A stretch of 64,000 nt of DNA from an uncultured Ruminococcus sp. (GTDB taxonomy: Bacteria > Bacillota > Clostridia > Oscillospirales > Ruminococcaceae), in contig CAMVRM010000005.1 of assembly GCA_947169885.1 (NCBI GenBank), positions 26,327 through 90,326 on the forward strand. The letters are read 5' to 3'. The position numbers and the translations under genes are program-made. Below, in pieces: positions 9,098-17,415 of the stretch (position 1 is the first letter of the stretch; each line of letters begins with the position of its first letter). The notes beneath the pieces are model-generated. The model saw only the letters and a program-made list of their open reading frames with translations, ran no database searches and was not told the origin of the DNA.

Positions 9098-9953
9098 GCT
9101 TCTTGTCCTCCTTTGCGATGTAGACAAGTATCTCGTCGATAGTTGCCTTTTCGTGTTCAAGGCTGTCGGGAATGTTTTTCAGTTCCGTCCCGGGGATAAG
9201 AGCGTCAAAACCGTTGCGGTACTTGTGATAGCCGATAAGCTTTTCACTGATGCCTGCGGGAATGTCATCGGGGTCGCCTTTCAGTATCGCGTACATCTCG
9301 GTGAGGTCGTCCTTTGTGCCTGTGAACCAGACCTTTCCGTTGTGCAGTATCGTCACATAATCGGCGATGCGCTCAACGTCAGCGGTTATGTGAGTCGAGA
9401 ACAGCACTCCCCTGTTTTCGTCCTCGATGAACTCTCCGAGAATATCCAGCAGTTCATCACGGGCAACAGGGTCAAGACCGCTTGTCGGTTCGTCAAGAAT
9501 GATAAGTTCGGGGTGGTGAGCGAGTGCCGCCGCTATCATTATCTTCATCTTCATGCCCTTTGAGAAATCGCCAACGGGCTTGTTGTCGGGCAAGCCGAAA
9601 TCTTTCAGCATTTTTGCGAAGTAATCGCTGTCCCAGTTCTCGTAGAACGGTTTAAGCTGACGTTCGACCTGTTTTGCGTTCAGGTGTTCGCCCATGTAAA
9701 GGCTGTCGAACACAACACCCAGCCGCTGTTTTATCGCAACGGTATCAGTAACGCTGTCAAGCCCGAAAACGCTGATGCTTCCGCTGTCAAGCTTTGCCAT
9801 GTTGAGTATCGAGCGGATAGTGGTGGTCTTTCCCGAACCGTTTTCGCCCACAAACCCCATGATATAGCCTTTCGGCAGAGAGAAGCTTATGTCTTTAAGG
9901 GAAAAGCCCTCATATTTTTTGCACAGTCCGTTTATCTCTAAAATATTTTCCAT
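9081..9953 (-). CDS. ABC transporter ATP-binding protein
   Basis: Walker A 'GENGSGKTT', signature 'FSKGMKMK', Walker B 'LIILDEPTSGLD'. ATG at 9953 has a GGAGGG RBS. Confidence 0.9.
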   Translation of the reverse strand: MENILEINGLCKKYEGFSLKDISFSLPKGYIMGFVGENGSGKTTTIRSILNMAKLDSGSISVFGLDSVTDTVAIKQRLGVVFDSLYMGEHLNAKQVERQLKPFYENWDSDYFAKMLKDFGLPDNKPVGDFSKGMKMKIMIAAALAHHPELIILDEPTSGLDPVARDELLDILGEFIEDENRGVLFSTHITADVERIADYVTILHNGKVWFTGTKDDLTEMYAILKGDPDDIPAGISEKLIGYHKYRNGFDALIPGTELKNIPDSLEHEKATIDEILVYIAKEDKKHERDT

Positions 9954-9954
9954 A

Positions 9955-10329
9955 TCATTGACCCTCCAAATAATTTCTGAGCGCACCGATTATCTCCTCA
10001 TCGGAAAGCCCTGCATTTCTGCCGTTAGTGACTGCTTTTTCAAAGCCCTCCTCCATTTCAAAGAGCATACGTTCTTTCAGCAGTTCGTTATTTCGTGGTG
10101 CGACAAAATAACCCTTGCCTGCTACGGAGACAATAAAACCCTCCTCCGCAAGATCGTTATAGACACGAGTTGTTGTGATGACGCTTATCTTTAAATCCTT
10201 TGCAAGCTGCCGTATCGAGGGGAGCTGTTCTTCCTCATCGAGAGAGCCGTCAAGTATCTGAGCCTTGATCTGTTCTTCGATCTGTTCGTAGATCGGCTGT
10301 TCCGACCTGTTTTTAATGATTATCTTCAT
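9955..10329 (-). CDS. GntR-family (YtrA-subfamily) transcriptional regulator
   Basis: About 125 aa. The wHTH 'PIYEQIEEQIKAQILDGSL...LPSIRQLAKDLKISVITTTRVYNDL' is typical of short YtrA-type GntR regulators placed ahead of ABC genes. Confidence 0.85.
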   Translation of the reverse strand: MKIIIKNRSEQPIYEQIEEQIKAQILDGSLDEEEQLPSIRQLAKDLKISVITTTRVYNDLAEEGFIVSVAGKGYFVAPRNNELLKERMLFEMEEGFEKAVTNGRNAGLSDEEIIGALRNYLEGQ

Positions 10330-10350
10330 GAAGCACTTCCTGTTCAAAAA

Positions 10351-10428
10351 TGTATATACTGTCTAACTTGTATATATCTGTACTTATCAGTCTATATACA
10401 GTATAACACACATAATGTCTCTTGTCAA
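10351..10428 (-). promoter_or_regulatory. promoter (TTGACA-16-TATACT) plus TATATAC-type repeated operator candidates for the GntR/ABC operon
   Basis: On the minus strand, -35 is at 10428-10423 and -10 at 10406-10401. Three TATATAC/TATATAT motifs and the inverted pair TATACTGT/ACAGTATA lie between the promoter and the start codon. Confidence 0.5.
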
Positions 10429-10688
10429 TAGGTTTTTGAATTTTTTTGCCGCAAAACACGAATTTTTTTACCTGCTCCTGCAATATCATTTTTCGGAGTA
10501 AAAAAATATAAGAAGGTCAGACTGTTTCAGCCTGACCCTCTTACGATTTATGGAAGTATCATTAGACGTTTGCAAAATTTAAGGGGAAAGTTTCACTTTC
10601 TATAACTATTGTAACATAATTATATTTTTTCGCTATCCATATTTTGCTCTTTAGCAATCATAAATTGCTATAAATGATAAACAGGCAC

Positions 10689-10725
10689 AAAAAAAACAGC
10701 CGAGACCGTTTCCGTATCTCAGCTG
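10689..10725 (-). terminator. intrinsic terminator of the solute-binding protein gene
   Basis: Minus-strand CAGCTGAGA-tacggaaacgg-TCTCGGCTG followed by T8. Confidence 0.7.
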
Positions 10726-10777
10726 CTTTTTCGGTTAGAAAGGTTAGAGGTTTATATATGAACCATAAGTAGAGATC

Positions 10778-12211
10778 TTATTCAGCAGTAAGGTCGCCGT
10801 TCTGAGCGTTTGCATCATCGAGTATCGACTGGATAACGCCCTTGTTCTCCTCAACAACAGTCGACCATTCCTTAGCATCGCCGAAGTTCATGGTAGCTGT
10901 CTTGAAATCGAGCTGATTCGAGAGTGCATCATTAACGCCGCCCGAGAAGTCATAAACAGCGTTCGTCTTGCAAAGTTCAAGAATATTCTGACGCATATTT
11001 ATCATGTCCTCAGTCCACTTATACTCGTTTCTCAGCTGGTCAAGGCTTATGTTCTGAGCCTCCTTGGTGCAAAGCTGCGTACAATTAAGGAATGCAACAA
11101 CGCCCTCGGGGTTCTTAGCGCCTTTTATCAGGTGATAGCCGTCATTTCGGCTGGATACATAGTAGCTGTCGGAGTCGTCCATTCTCGGCATCGGAACGAA
11201 CATGATCTCACCTGCCGCAACATCACCGAATATCTTGGTAGTGTCAGGCTTGTTCTCGATAGCCCAGAATCCGCAGGGATAGAACAGGGTCTTGTGGTCG
11301 CCCATGCCGTCACCCGTCTTGCCGTCGCCGCGGATAGAACCGCCGTGGTCGGGCTTGGGATAGCAAACGCCGCTCTTATTGAGTTCATACATAAAGTTCT
11401 GAACTGCATCAACTGTCGGGTCATCGATATTGCTCACAAGCTTGCCGTTTTCCATGGTGATTATCGGTACACCGCCTGCATCGTTGAGTGCATAGCTGTA
11501 CCACCATCCGTCAAGACCGTACTTGTCATTCTCGGGGTCGGTGAAATCCTTGCACATTTCTTCAAATTTCGAGAAAGTCCACTCGTCATTCAGATAAAGT
11601 TCAGCAGGGTCTTCAAAACCGTTCTCTTTTATCGTCACAGGGTTGTAGATGCAGACATACTGCGGATAAGCAGAAGTTGCCGCAACATAGTGACCGCCAT
11701 TAAACATGAACGCATCGTTTACTTCCTTTGAGTCTTTCCACAGGTCGGAATTAAAATCAAGGTAATCATCGAAGGGCTGGAACATACCTTTCATTGCGCC
11801 TTTCGGGAAGCCGTCCATATCCATTGCGGGGAAAAAGTCCGGGGAATTCTTTGCGAGCACGTATTTAGCAATGTCGTTGTATCTTTCTTCCCACGTTGTC
11901 TGCACCCATTCGATAGTGCCGTTATACTTGTCACGAAACATCTGGATATTCGGCGGAACTACCTGACCGTCACCCGGGTTAAGATCCCAGTGTGAGATGA
12001 ACTTGATAGTTGTGTTTTCCAGCTGGTCGTCGCCTAACTTGTCAGAAAGGCTGTTAACTTGTTCCTGAGCTTCGGAATTGAGCTTGATCTCATCGGGTGC
12101 TTTTGAAGAACTGCTGCTGCTGTTCTTATCGTCACTCGATCCGCAGGCTGCCATTCCGAGTACCGCTGCAAATGCACAGACGGTAGCTGCGATCCTTTTA
12201 ATTCTTTTCAT
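10778..12211 (-). CDS. ABC-type extracellular solute-binding lipoprotein (sugar-type), orphan
   Basis: Lipobox 'LGMAAC|GSS' after the ATG at 12211 (GGAGGT RBS). SBP family-1-like sequence. No cognate permeases adjacent. Confidence 0.75.
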   Translation of the reverse strand: MKRIKRIAATVCAFAAVLGMAACGSSDDKNSSSSSSKAPDEIKLNSEAQEQVNSLSDKLGDDQLENTTIKFISHWDLNPGDGQVVPPNIQMFRDKYNGTIEWVQTTWEERYNDIAKYVLAKNSPDFFPAMDMDGFPKGAMKGMFQPFDDYLDFNSDLWKDSKEVNDAFMFNGGHYVAATSAYPQYVCIYNPVTIKENGFEDPAELYLNDEWTFSKFEEMCKDFTDPENDKYGLDGWWYSYALNDAGGVPIITMENGKLVSNIDDPTVDAVQNFMYELNKSGVCYPKPDHGGSIRGDGKTGDGMGDHKTLFYPCGFWAIENKPDTTKIFGDVAAGEIMFVPMPRMDDSDSYYVSSRNDGYHLIKGAKNPEGVVAFLNCTQLCTKEAQNISLDQLRNEYKWTEDMINMRQNILELCKTNAVYDFSGGVNDALSNQLDFKTATMNFGDAKEWSTVVEENKGVIQSILDDANAQNGDLTAE

Positions 12212-12544
12212 TTTTTTACCTCCACATAAAAAAACAAATAGCCTTACACGAACTGTGATCGTTATTCGACCGCCTGAAAAAAAGTCCGTGTTTACGCTCA
12301 TACTAATTCTACAATATTTATCCACATTAATCTAGTCGAATATTGTTAAGTTTTCACCATATATTGTGAATTTGTGCGATTCGCTTCAAAATATATTATC
12401 ATTTAGGAAAAATTTGTTATTGTAGCACTATTAGTTAAACAAGGCGGTTGAATATAATGATATGATTGCAATATAATTATAAATGATACTTGTATTCCTA
12501 GTTTAAAAAATATATGTACAAAAGGTTAAAAATAGATTTTCTTC

Positions 12545-12573
12545 TTGAATATCAATTTTTTATGTGGTATAAT
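12545..12573 (+). promoter_or_regulatory. sigma-A-type promoter (TTGAAT-17-TATAAT, TGg extended -10) for the BY-kinase cluster
   Basis: TTGAAT at 12545-12550 and TATAAT at 12568-12573. Confidence 0.6.
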
Positions 12574-12671
12574 ATCATTTGAATGCTGGACAAAGCATTC
12601 TTTTTGTGATGAAAAAAATTGCAGCATCAGGCTCACAAAGACCTTATAATGATGCGTGAAAGGGAGATATT

Positions 12672-14225
12672 ATGGCGGAATCGAGTTCGTCGAATGCAGT
12701 AAATCAGCCTATAAATCAGCAGCAGGGCGATGAAATAAACCTTGTGATGCTGCTCCACGACTGTGTGAGGGGTGCTAAGAAATATTTCTGGCTGCTCATC
12801 ATTCTCTGCATTGTGACAGTTGTTGGGTTTGTTGCGTTCACATATTACACATATGTTCCTATGTATTCCAGCAAGGCATCATTCACTGTTTCTGCAACTG
12901 ACGGCGGCTACAACACAAACTTCAACTACAACCAGCAGTATGCAACACAAATGGCGGCTACCTTTCCTTATATAATAGAAAGCGAGCTGCTTACCGACCT
13001 TGTAAAAAAAGAACTCAATATAACAAGGATAAACGGCACTATCAGTGCAAGCGCTATCGAAAATTCAAACCTCTTTACCATGATGGTGGTGAGCGATGAC
13101 CCCGATGACGCTTACAATATCCTTATCGCTGTCATCAACAACTATCCCGAAGTCATGGATTATGTTATGGGTGACACCGAACTTGCGATAATCGAAAATG
13201 CTGTTCACACCGATGTGCCCTACAATCCTTACAGCTTCAAGAAAAACGGATTCTACGGCTTTGCGATAGGTTTCCTTATCTGGGCTTTCATCGTTGTTAT
13301 CTATGCTGTACGCAGAAGGACAATAAGAACTGAGGAGGAAGTAAAACAGGTGCTGGGCGTTCAGAGCCTTGGTGCTGTTCCTCTTACTATCCACAAAAAG
13401 CGTGCCAGCAAAAAGAACCACAAGCTTTCTATCACCAGTACTAAGGACGATAAGTTCAGTGAGTCTATACGAAGCATCGCCATGAGACTTGCTAAGGAAA
13501 TGCAGGAAAAAGATATGAAGATACTCACCTGCACCTCCTGTCAGACGGGCGAGGGTGTCAGCATCGTTGCATCGAACATCGCCTCCGCACTCGCTGAGAT
13601 GAACAAGAAGGTTCTGCTCATCGAGACTGAGCCTGAAACCGAATACGCAAAGTTCGACCTCGAAAAACTGCTTTCGGGCAAATGCTCATTTGAAGAAGCA
13701 GTCGGCTATGACAAGAACAGCAGACTTTATATCACGTCTACACCCAACGGTCTTTCCAACGCAAAATACAACGCTACGGCACTTTCGCTGGGCAAGTTCC
13801 TCAACAGCATGGCTGAAAGAGTCGACTACATCATCATCGATGCTCCTGCCTGCTCGTTCATGAGCGAAACTGCCGTTGCTATCCAGTACTCCGAACTTGC
13901 AATGCTCGTTGTAAAGCAGGACAGCACCGATGTCAGAACGATCATGGAATCTATCGAGAGCATCTGCGGCTTTGAGATCGACTTCGCAGGTGTTGTGCTA
14001 AACGGAACTCAGAGCGGTATCGGCGGCTACGGCTACGGCAAATACGGCGGATACTACTACGGTTCGAGATACTCTTATTACAGAAAGGGTTACGGTTACG
14101 GCGGTTATGGCTATGGTTACGGTTATGGTTACGGCTATGGTTATGGCTACGGCTACGGCGCAAGATCCGATGAGGAACACGAAAAGGTAAGGCGCAGCAG
14201 AACGGAGCGTCCCACCGATGACTGA
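12672..14225 (+). CDS. Wzz (chain-length determinant) domain fused to a BY-kinase-like domain with degenerate P-loop and Tyr/Gly-rich tail
   Basis: Two TM helices flank a Wzz-like loop. The P-loop position reads 'SCQTGEGVS' (no Lys) and the A' position reads 'LLIETEPE'. Walker B is 'DYIIIDAPA'. The C-terminal tail 'GGYGYGKYGGYYYGSRYSYYRKGYGYGGYGYGYGYGYGYGYGYGYG' is very Tyr-rich. Confidence 0.8.
   Translation: MAESSSSNAVNQPINQQQGDEINLVMLLHDCVRGAKKYFWLLIILCIVTVVGFVAFTYYTYVPMYSSKASFTVSATDGGYNTNFNYNQQYATQMAATFPYIIESELLTDLVKKELNITRINGTISASAIENSNLFTMMVVSDDPDDAYNILIAVINNYPEVMDYVMGDTELAIIENAVHTDVPYNPYSFKKNGFYGFAIGFLIWAFIVVIYAVRRRTIRTEEEVKQVLGVQSLGAVPLTIHKKRASKKNHKLSITSTKDDKFSESIRSIAMRLAKEMQEKDMKILTCTSCQTGEGVSIVASNIASALAEMNKKVLLIETEPETEYAKFDLEKLLSGKCSFEEAVGYDKNSRLYITSTPNGLSNAKYNATALSLGKFLNSMAERVDYIIIDAPACSFMSETAVAIQYSELAMLVVKQDSTDVRTIMESIESICGFEIDFAGVVLNGTQSGIGGYGYGKYGGYYYGSRYSYYRKGYGYGGYGYGYGYGYGYGYGYGYGARSDEEHEKVRRSRTERPTDD
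14017..14160 (+). repeat. coding Gly-Tyr repeat tract (BY-kinase-like tail)
   Basis: GGY/TAY codon alternation with mixed synonymous codons (ggt/ggc, tac/tat). Confidence 0.9.
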
Positions 14226-14964
14226 TATTCATGCACATTTTCTCCCGGGGATAGATGATGGCTGCCGTGATATGCGTGACACGCTCGCATTTCTCAGAGA
14301 TTCTGAAGAAAGCGGCGTTAAACGCATCGTGGCAACCTCACATTTCAATCCCTATTACGGCTGGTATAATTACAGAACGCCCGAGCTTTTTGAGCTTTAC
14401 GAAAGAGTAAAGCAGGAAGCCCGTGAGGACGGTCTGGAAATAGACATCATTCTCGGCACTGAGATAAATGTTGACGATGACACCGTGTCGCTGCTCGATC
14501 AGGGCAAACTTATGACCTACGGCGATTCACGCTATATGCTCGCAGAGTTTGACGATCTTGACACTCCACGCTGGGTCACGGCACGTCTCAGCGATCTTAT
14601 CTCCGCAGGATATATCCCGATAGTCGCTCACCCGGAACGATATTATTTCGTGACTGACGAGCCGTGGCTCGCCTATGACTGGCTTGACATGGGCTGTCTT
14701 ATACAAATAACAAAAGGCAGTGTGCTGGGCAGTTTCGGACCCGATGCACAAAAAAACAGCGACTATCTTCTTGACGAAGGCTGGGTCAGCTGCATCGCAA
14801 GCGACGGACACCGAAGCGGGACTATCCGAAACAGCAAAATGAAAAAGATCAAGGAATACATAACAGATGCCTATTCCGCACGAACGGCAAGGCTTCTGCT
14901 TGACGAAAATCCCGACGCTATTGCGCTCGGCAAAAAAATCGAAGAAAGAGGGATAAGAGCTTGA
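14218..14964 (+). CDS. cpsB: CpsB/CapC-family PHP-type protein-tyrosine phosphatase
   Basis: N-terminus 'MTDIHAHFLPGIDDG', then 'ATSHF' and 'VAHPERY', all characteristic of CpsB/YwqE. Confidence 0.9.
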   Translation: MTDIHAHFLPGIDDGCRDMRDTLAFLRDSEESGVKRIVATSHFNPYYGWYNYRTPELFELYERVKQEAREDGLEIDIILGTEINVDDDTVSLLDQGKLMTYGDSRYMLAEFDDLDTPRWVTARLSDLISAGYIPIVAHPERYYFVTDEPWLAYDWLDMGCLIQITKGSVLGSFGPDAQKNSDYLLDEGWVSCIASDGHRSGTIRNSKMKKIKEYITDAYSARTARLLLDENPDAIALGKKIEERGIRA

Positions 14965-15788
14965 GATACCTAAGAATTGGAATTGTTCTGCTCTTTATTG
15001 CGGCTCTTGCTTTGTATGTTCTCACGCTCGTGAAGGATCTGCACAGCGATCACACTCCGCCTGTGATAAATTGCAGCAATGATCTGCTTGAACTCAGCGT
15101 TACGGAGGACGAAACAAAGCTGCTTGAAGGGCTTACCGCATCTGACGACCGTGACGGAGATGTTTCACAAAACATCATGGTCTCGAGCCTTTCTCATTTT
15201 ACCGAGAAGGGCGTTTGCAAGGCGAACTACGTAGTCTTTGACAAGGCTCACAACGCCGCTTTCTACACAAGAACTGTTCACTACATCGACTACCGTTCTC
15301 CCCGTTTTGTTATCAATGAGCCGCTTTCCTATCGTTTGGGAAGCAACGTAAGGTTCTCTGACAGCGTAGGCGTTGAGGATTCGATCGACGGCGACATCTC
15401 GCAGAACATCAAGATTGCATCGGGCAGCATCTCCAACTATGCTGAGGGCGTTTACCCCATAAGACTTGAAGTTACCAACCGTTTTGGCGACAAGTCGAGC
15501 GTTGATGTTATGGTAGTGGTTTCTGCAAGAGATTACTCCCCTACTATCGAGCTTAAACATTATATTGTTTATCTCAAAAAGGACGCAGAATTTGATCCTT
15601 TCGCTGAGATCTCAGGAACAGGCGTTTCCCGTACAAACGGTGCTAAGGCTGAAGTGAGCGATGTTCAGATAAACGGTCTTGTCGATACATCTGAGGCAGG
15701 GTGCTACTCGCTTGTTTATTCCTATAAGCAAAAAGAACTGTTCGGTTCTGAGGAAGTTTACCTTACCGTTGTTGTTGAGGAGGACTGA
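14961..15788 (+). CDS. membrane-anchored protein with two Ig-like (DUF5011-type) repeats
   Basis: N-terminal TM helix. Repeated 'DDRDGDVSQNI' / 'DSIDGDISQNIK' motifs are typical of bacterial Ig-like DUF5011 domains. TTG start overlaps the cpsB stop. Confidence 0.55.
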   Translation: MRYLRIGIVLLFIAALALYVLTLVKDLHSDHTPPVINCSNDLLELSVTEDETKLLEGLTASDDRDGDVSQNIMVSSLSHFTEKGVCKANYVVFDKAHNAAFYTRTVHYIDYRSPRFVINEPLSYRLGSNVRFSDSVGVEDSIDGDISQNIKIASGSISNYAEGVYPIRLEVTNRFGDKSSVDVMVVVSARDYSPTIELKHYIVYLKKDAEFDPFAEISGTGVSRTNGAKAEVSDVQINGLVDTSEAGCYSLVYSYKQKELFGSEEVYLTVVVEED

Positions 15789-15791
15789 TGA

Positions 15792-17183
15792 ATGCAACAG
15801 GATAACATTTTCAACCTAGACTATATCAACCCGAAGATAATGCTCAGAGTTGTTATCAAGAACTTCTGGGTCATTATTCTGGCGGCTGTAAGCGTTTTTA
15901 TGATAAGCACCGCCGTGGGCGAAATGCTTTATAAACCGCAGTATGTTTCGTCTGCAACATTTGCTATCAACGCTAAGAACACCGCTTCGACCAACTCTCT
16001 GCAAGTCACAAAACAGCTTGCCCAGGTCTTTGGTGACATCTTCCAGAGCGACGTTCTGAAAAATCTTATCAAGAACGATCTTGAGATCGACAAACTAAGT
16101 GACACTATCTCGACCGAGGTTATCCCCGAGACTAACCTCATGAAAGTCAACGTCACCAGTTCAAGCCCCGAGAGCGCATACCGCACCATGAATTCGGCTG
16201 TTGCAAACTACCGCAATGTTTCCGACTATGTTTACCGTGATGCGATATTTGAGATGCTGAAAGCACCAAACGTTCCCGTTGAACCTGACTCATCAGGTAT
16301 CTCACTCAAAACCCGGCTGCTGCTCACACTGCTCGTTGCTGTTGCAGCTGCTGCCGCTATCGTGATAATCTATATCTTCGGAGATACGATCCAGACTATC
16401 GCTGCCGCAAGAGACAAGATCGACGGCGAAATGTTCAGCGTTATACCTCATGAGGAAAAATACGCTTCTTCCAAGAATCAGAAAACTTCTATCCTTATCG
16501 GAAATCCGCTCACAAGCTTCCAGTTCACTGAAAGTTATCACAGCCTTTCCGCTAAGCTCGATTACAGGCTGAAAAAGAATGCCTACAAGGTAATACTTGT
16601 CAGCTCCGCAGCCGAGAACGAGGGTAAATCCACCGTTTCCGCAAACCTTGCACTTGCACTTGCTGACAGACAGAGAAAAGTTCTGCTGGTCGGCTGCGAC
16701 TTCAAGAAACCTGCGGTAAGAAAGATATTCGACTTGCCCAAGGAAGAGATCGAAGACCTTTGTTCCTATATCGAGGACGGCGACCTTACCGAAGAATACC
16801 ACTTCTCTCAGGCAAAGAACATCTACATCGCCGACAGCCAGACGGGTATCCACTCAACACAGAAGATCATCTACTCCGATGCACTTGTTAAGTTCATCGA
16901 AATACAAAAGTCCAAATTCGACTACATCATTCTTGATACGCCTCCTATGCTTCTGACCTCAGATGCTGAGGCGCTCTCGAAAGTTGCAGATGCTTCCCTG
17001 CTTGTTGTTAAACAGGACTACATCACCGCAGGCGGCATCAATGACTGTATCGACAGACTTAATGTTAACAGCAACTCTTTCATGGGTTACGTTATCAACA
17101 ACTTTGAGCAGTTCGGTAAACAGGAGAACATCTCTGTTACTCACGGTCACAGCAACCACAGTTCACACAGACACAGAAGCTAA
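15792..17183 (+). CDS. Wzz domain fused to BY-kinase (intact Walker A/A'/B, no C-terminal Tyr cluster)
   Basis: Walker A 'AAENEGKST', A' 'LLVGCDFKKP', Walker B 'DYIILDTPP'. The tail 'THGHSNHSSHRHRS' has no Tyr. Confidence 0.85.
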   Translation: MQQDNIFNLDYINPKIMLRVVIKNFWVIILAAVSVFMISTAVGEMLYKPQYVSSATFAINAKNTASTNSLQVTKQLAQVFGDIFQSDVLKNLIKNDLEIDKLSDTISTEVIPETNLMKVNVTSSSPESAYRTMNSAVANYRNVSDYVYRDAIFEMLKAPNVPVEPDSSGISLKTRLLLTLLVAVAAAAAIVIIYIFGDTIQTIAAARDKIDGEMFSVIPHEEKYASSKNQKTSILIGNPLTSFQFTESYHSLSAKLDYRLKKNAYKVILVSSAAENEGKSTVSANLALALADRQRKVLLVGCDFKKPAVRKIFDLPKEEIEDLCSYIEDGDLTEEYHFSQAKNIYIADSQTGIHSTQKIIYSDALVKFIEIQKSKFDYIILDTPPMLLTSDAEALSKVADASLLVVKQDYITAGGINDCIDRLNVNSNSFMGYVINNFEQFGKQENISVTHGHSNHSSHRHRS

Positions 17184-17192
17184 AACAAAAAG

Positions 17193-17228
17193 TCGGGCTT
17201 TCAGGCAAAGTCCGGCTTTTTTATTTTC
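17193..17228 (+). terminator. intrinsic terminator after the second BY-kinase gene
   Basis: GTCGGGCTTT-caggc-AAAGTCCGGC (2 G-U pairs) followed by TTTTTTATTTT. Confidence 0.65.
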
Positions 17229-17309
17229 ACATAGAAAATGTTTTCCGAATGTTATTTCTTGAAAATATAAAAAAAATCGAAAATTTGGCAAAAACAATCA
17301 AAAAAAGTG

Positions 17310-17338
17310 TTGAAATCTGAAAAGAATTGTGTTATAAT
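17310..17338 (+). promoter_or_regulatory. sigma-A-type promoter (TTGAAA-17-TATAAT) for the REC protein gene
   Basis: TTGAAA at 17310-17315 and TATAAT at 17333-17338. Confidence 0.6.
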
Positions 17339-17415
17339 ATATTTAAGAGAATGTATACACATAAACATTTCGCTATGAAATATGTGAATAAAGTACCTTC
17401 CGAGGAGGAACGACT

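Noticed and set aside
12212-12325. The ORF track gives N-terminal extensions at 12212-12325, and also at 34904-35020, 32879-32914, 7557-7628, 8353-8409, 9098-9160, 9954-9986, 23243-23311, 37989-38027, 39528-39557, 52945-52995, 59658-59732 and 61228-61284.
   Set aside because: In each case an internal ATG has a good Shine-Dalgarno sequence at 5-10 nt. It yields a canonical N-terminus (signal peptide, lipobox or family-typical start), while the extension has no RBS.
14017-14160. The GY repeat might be a microsatellite or an assembly artefact.
   Set aside because: The mixed synonymous codon usage (ggt/ggc, tac/tat) is not what polymerase slippage of one unit would give. The tract is also in frame and continues into a normal acidic/basic C-terminus.
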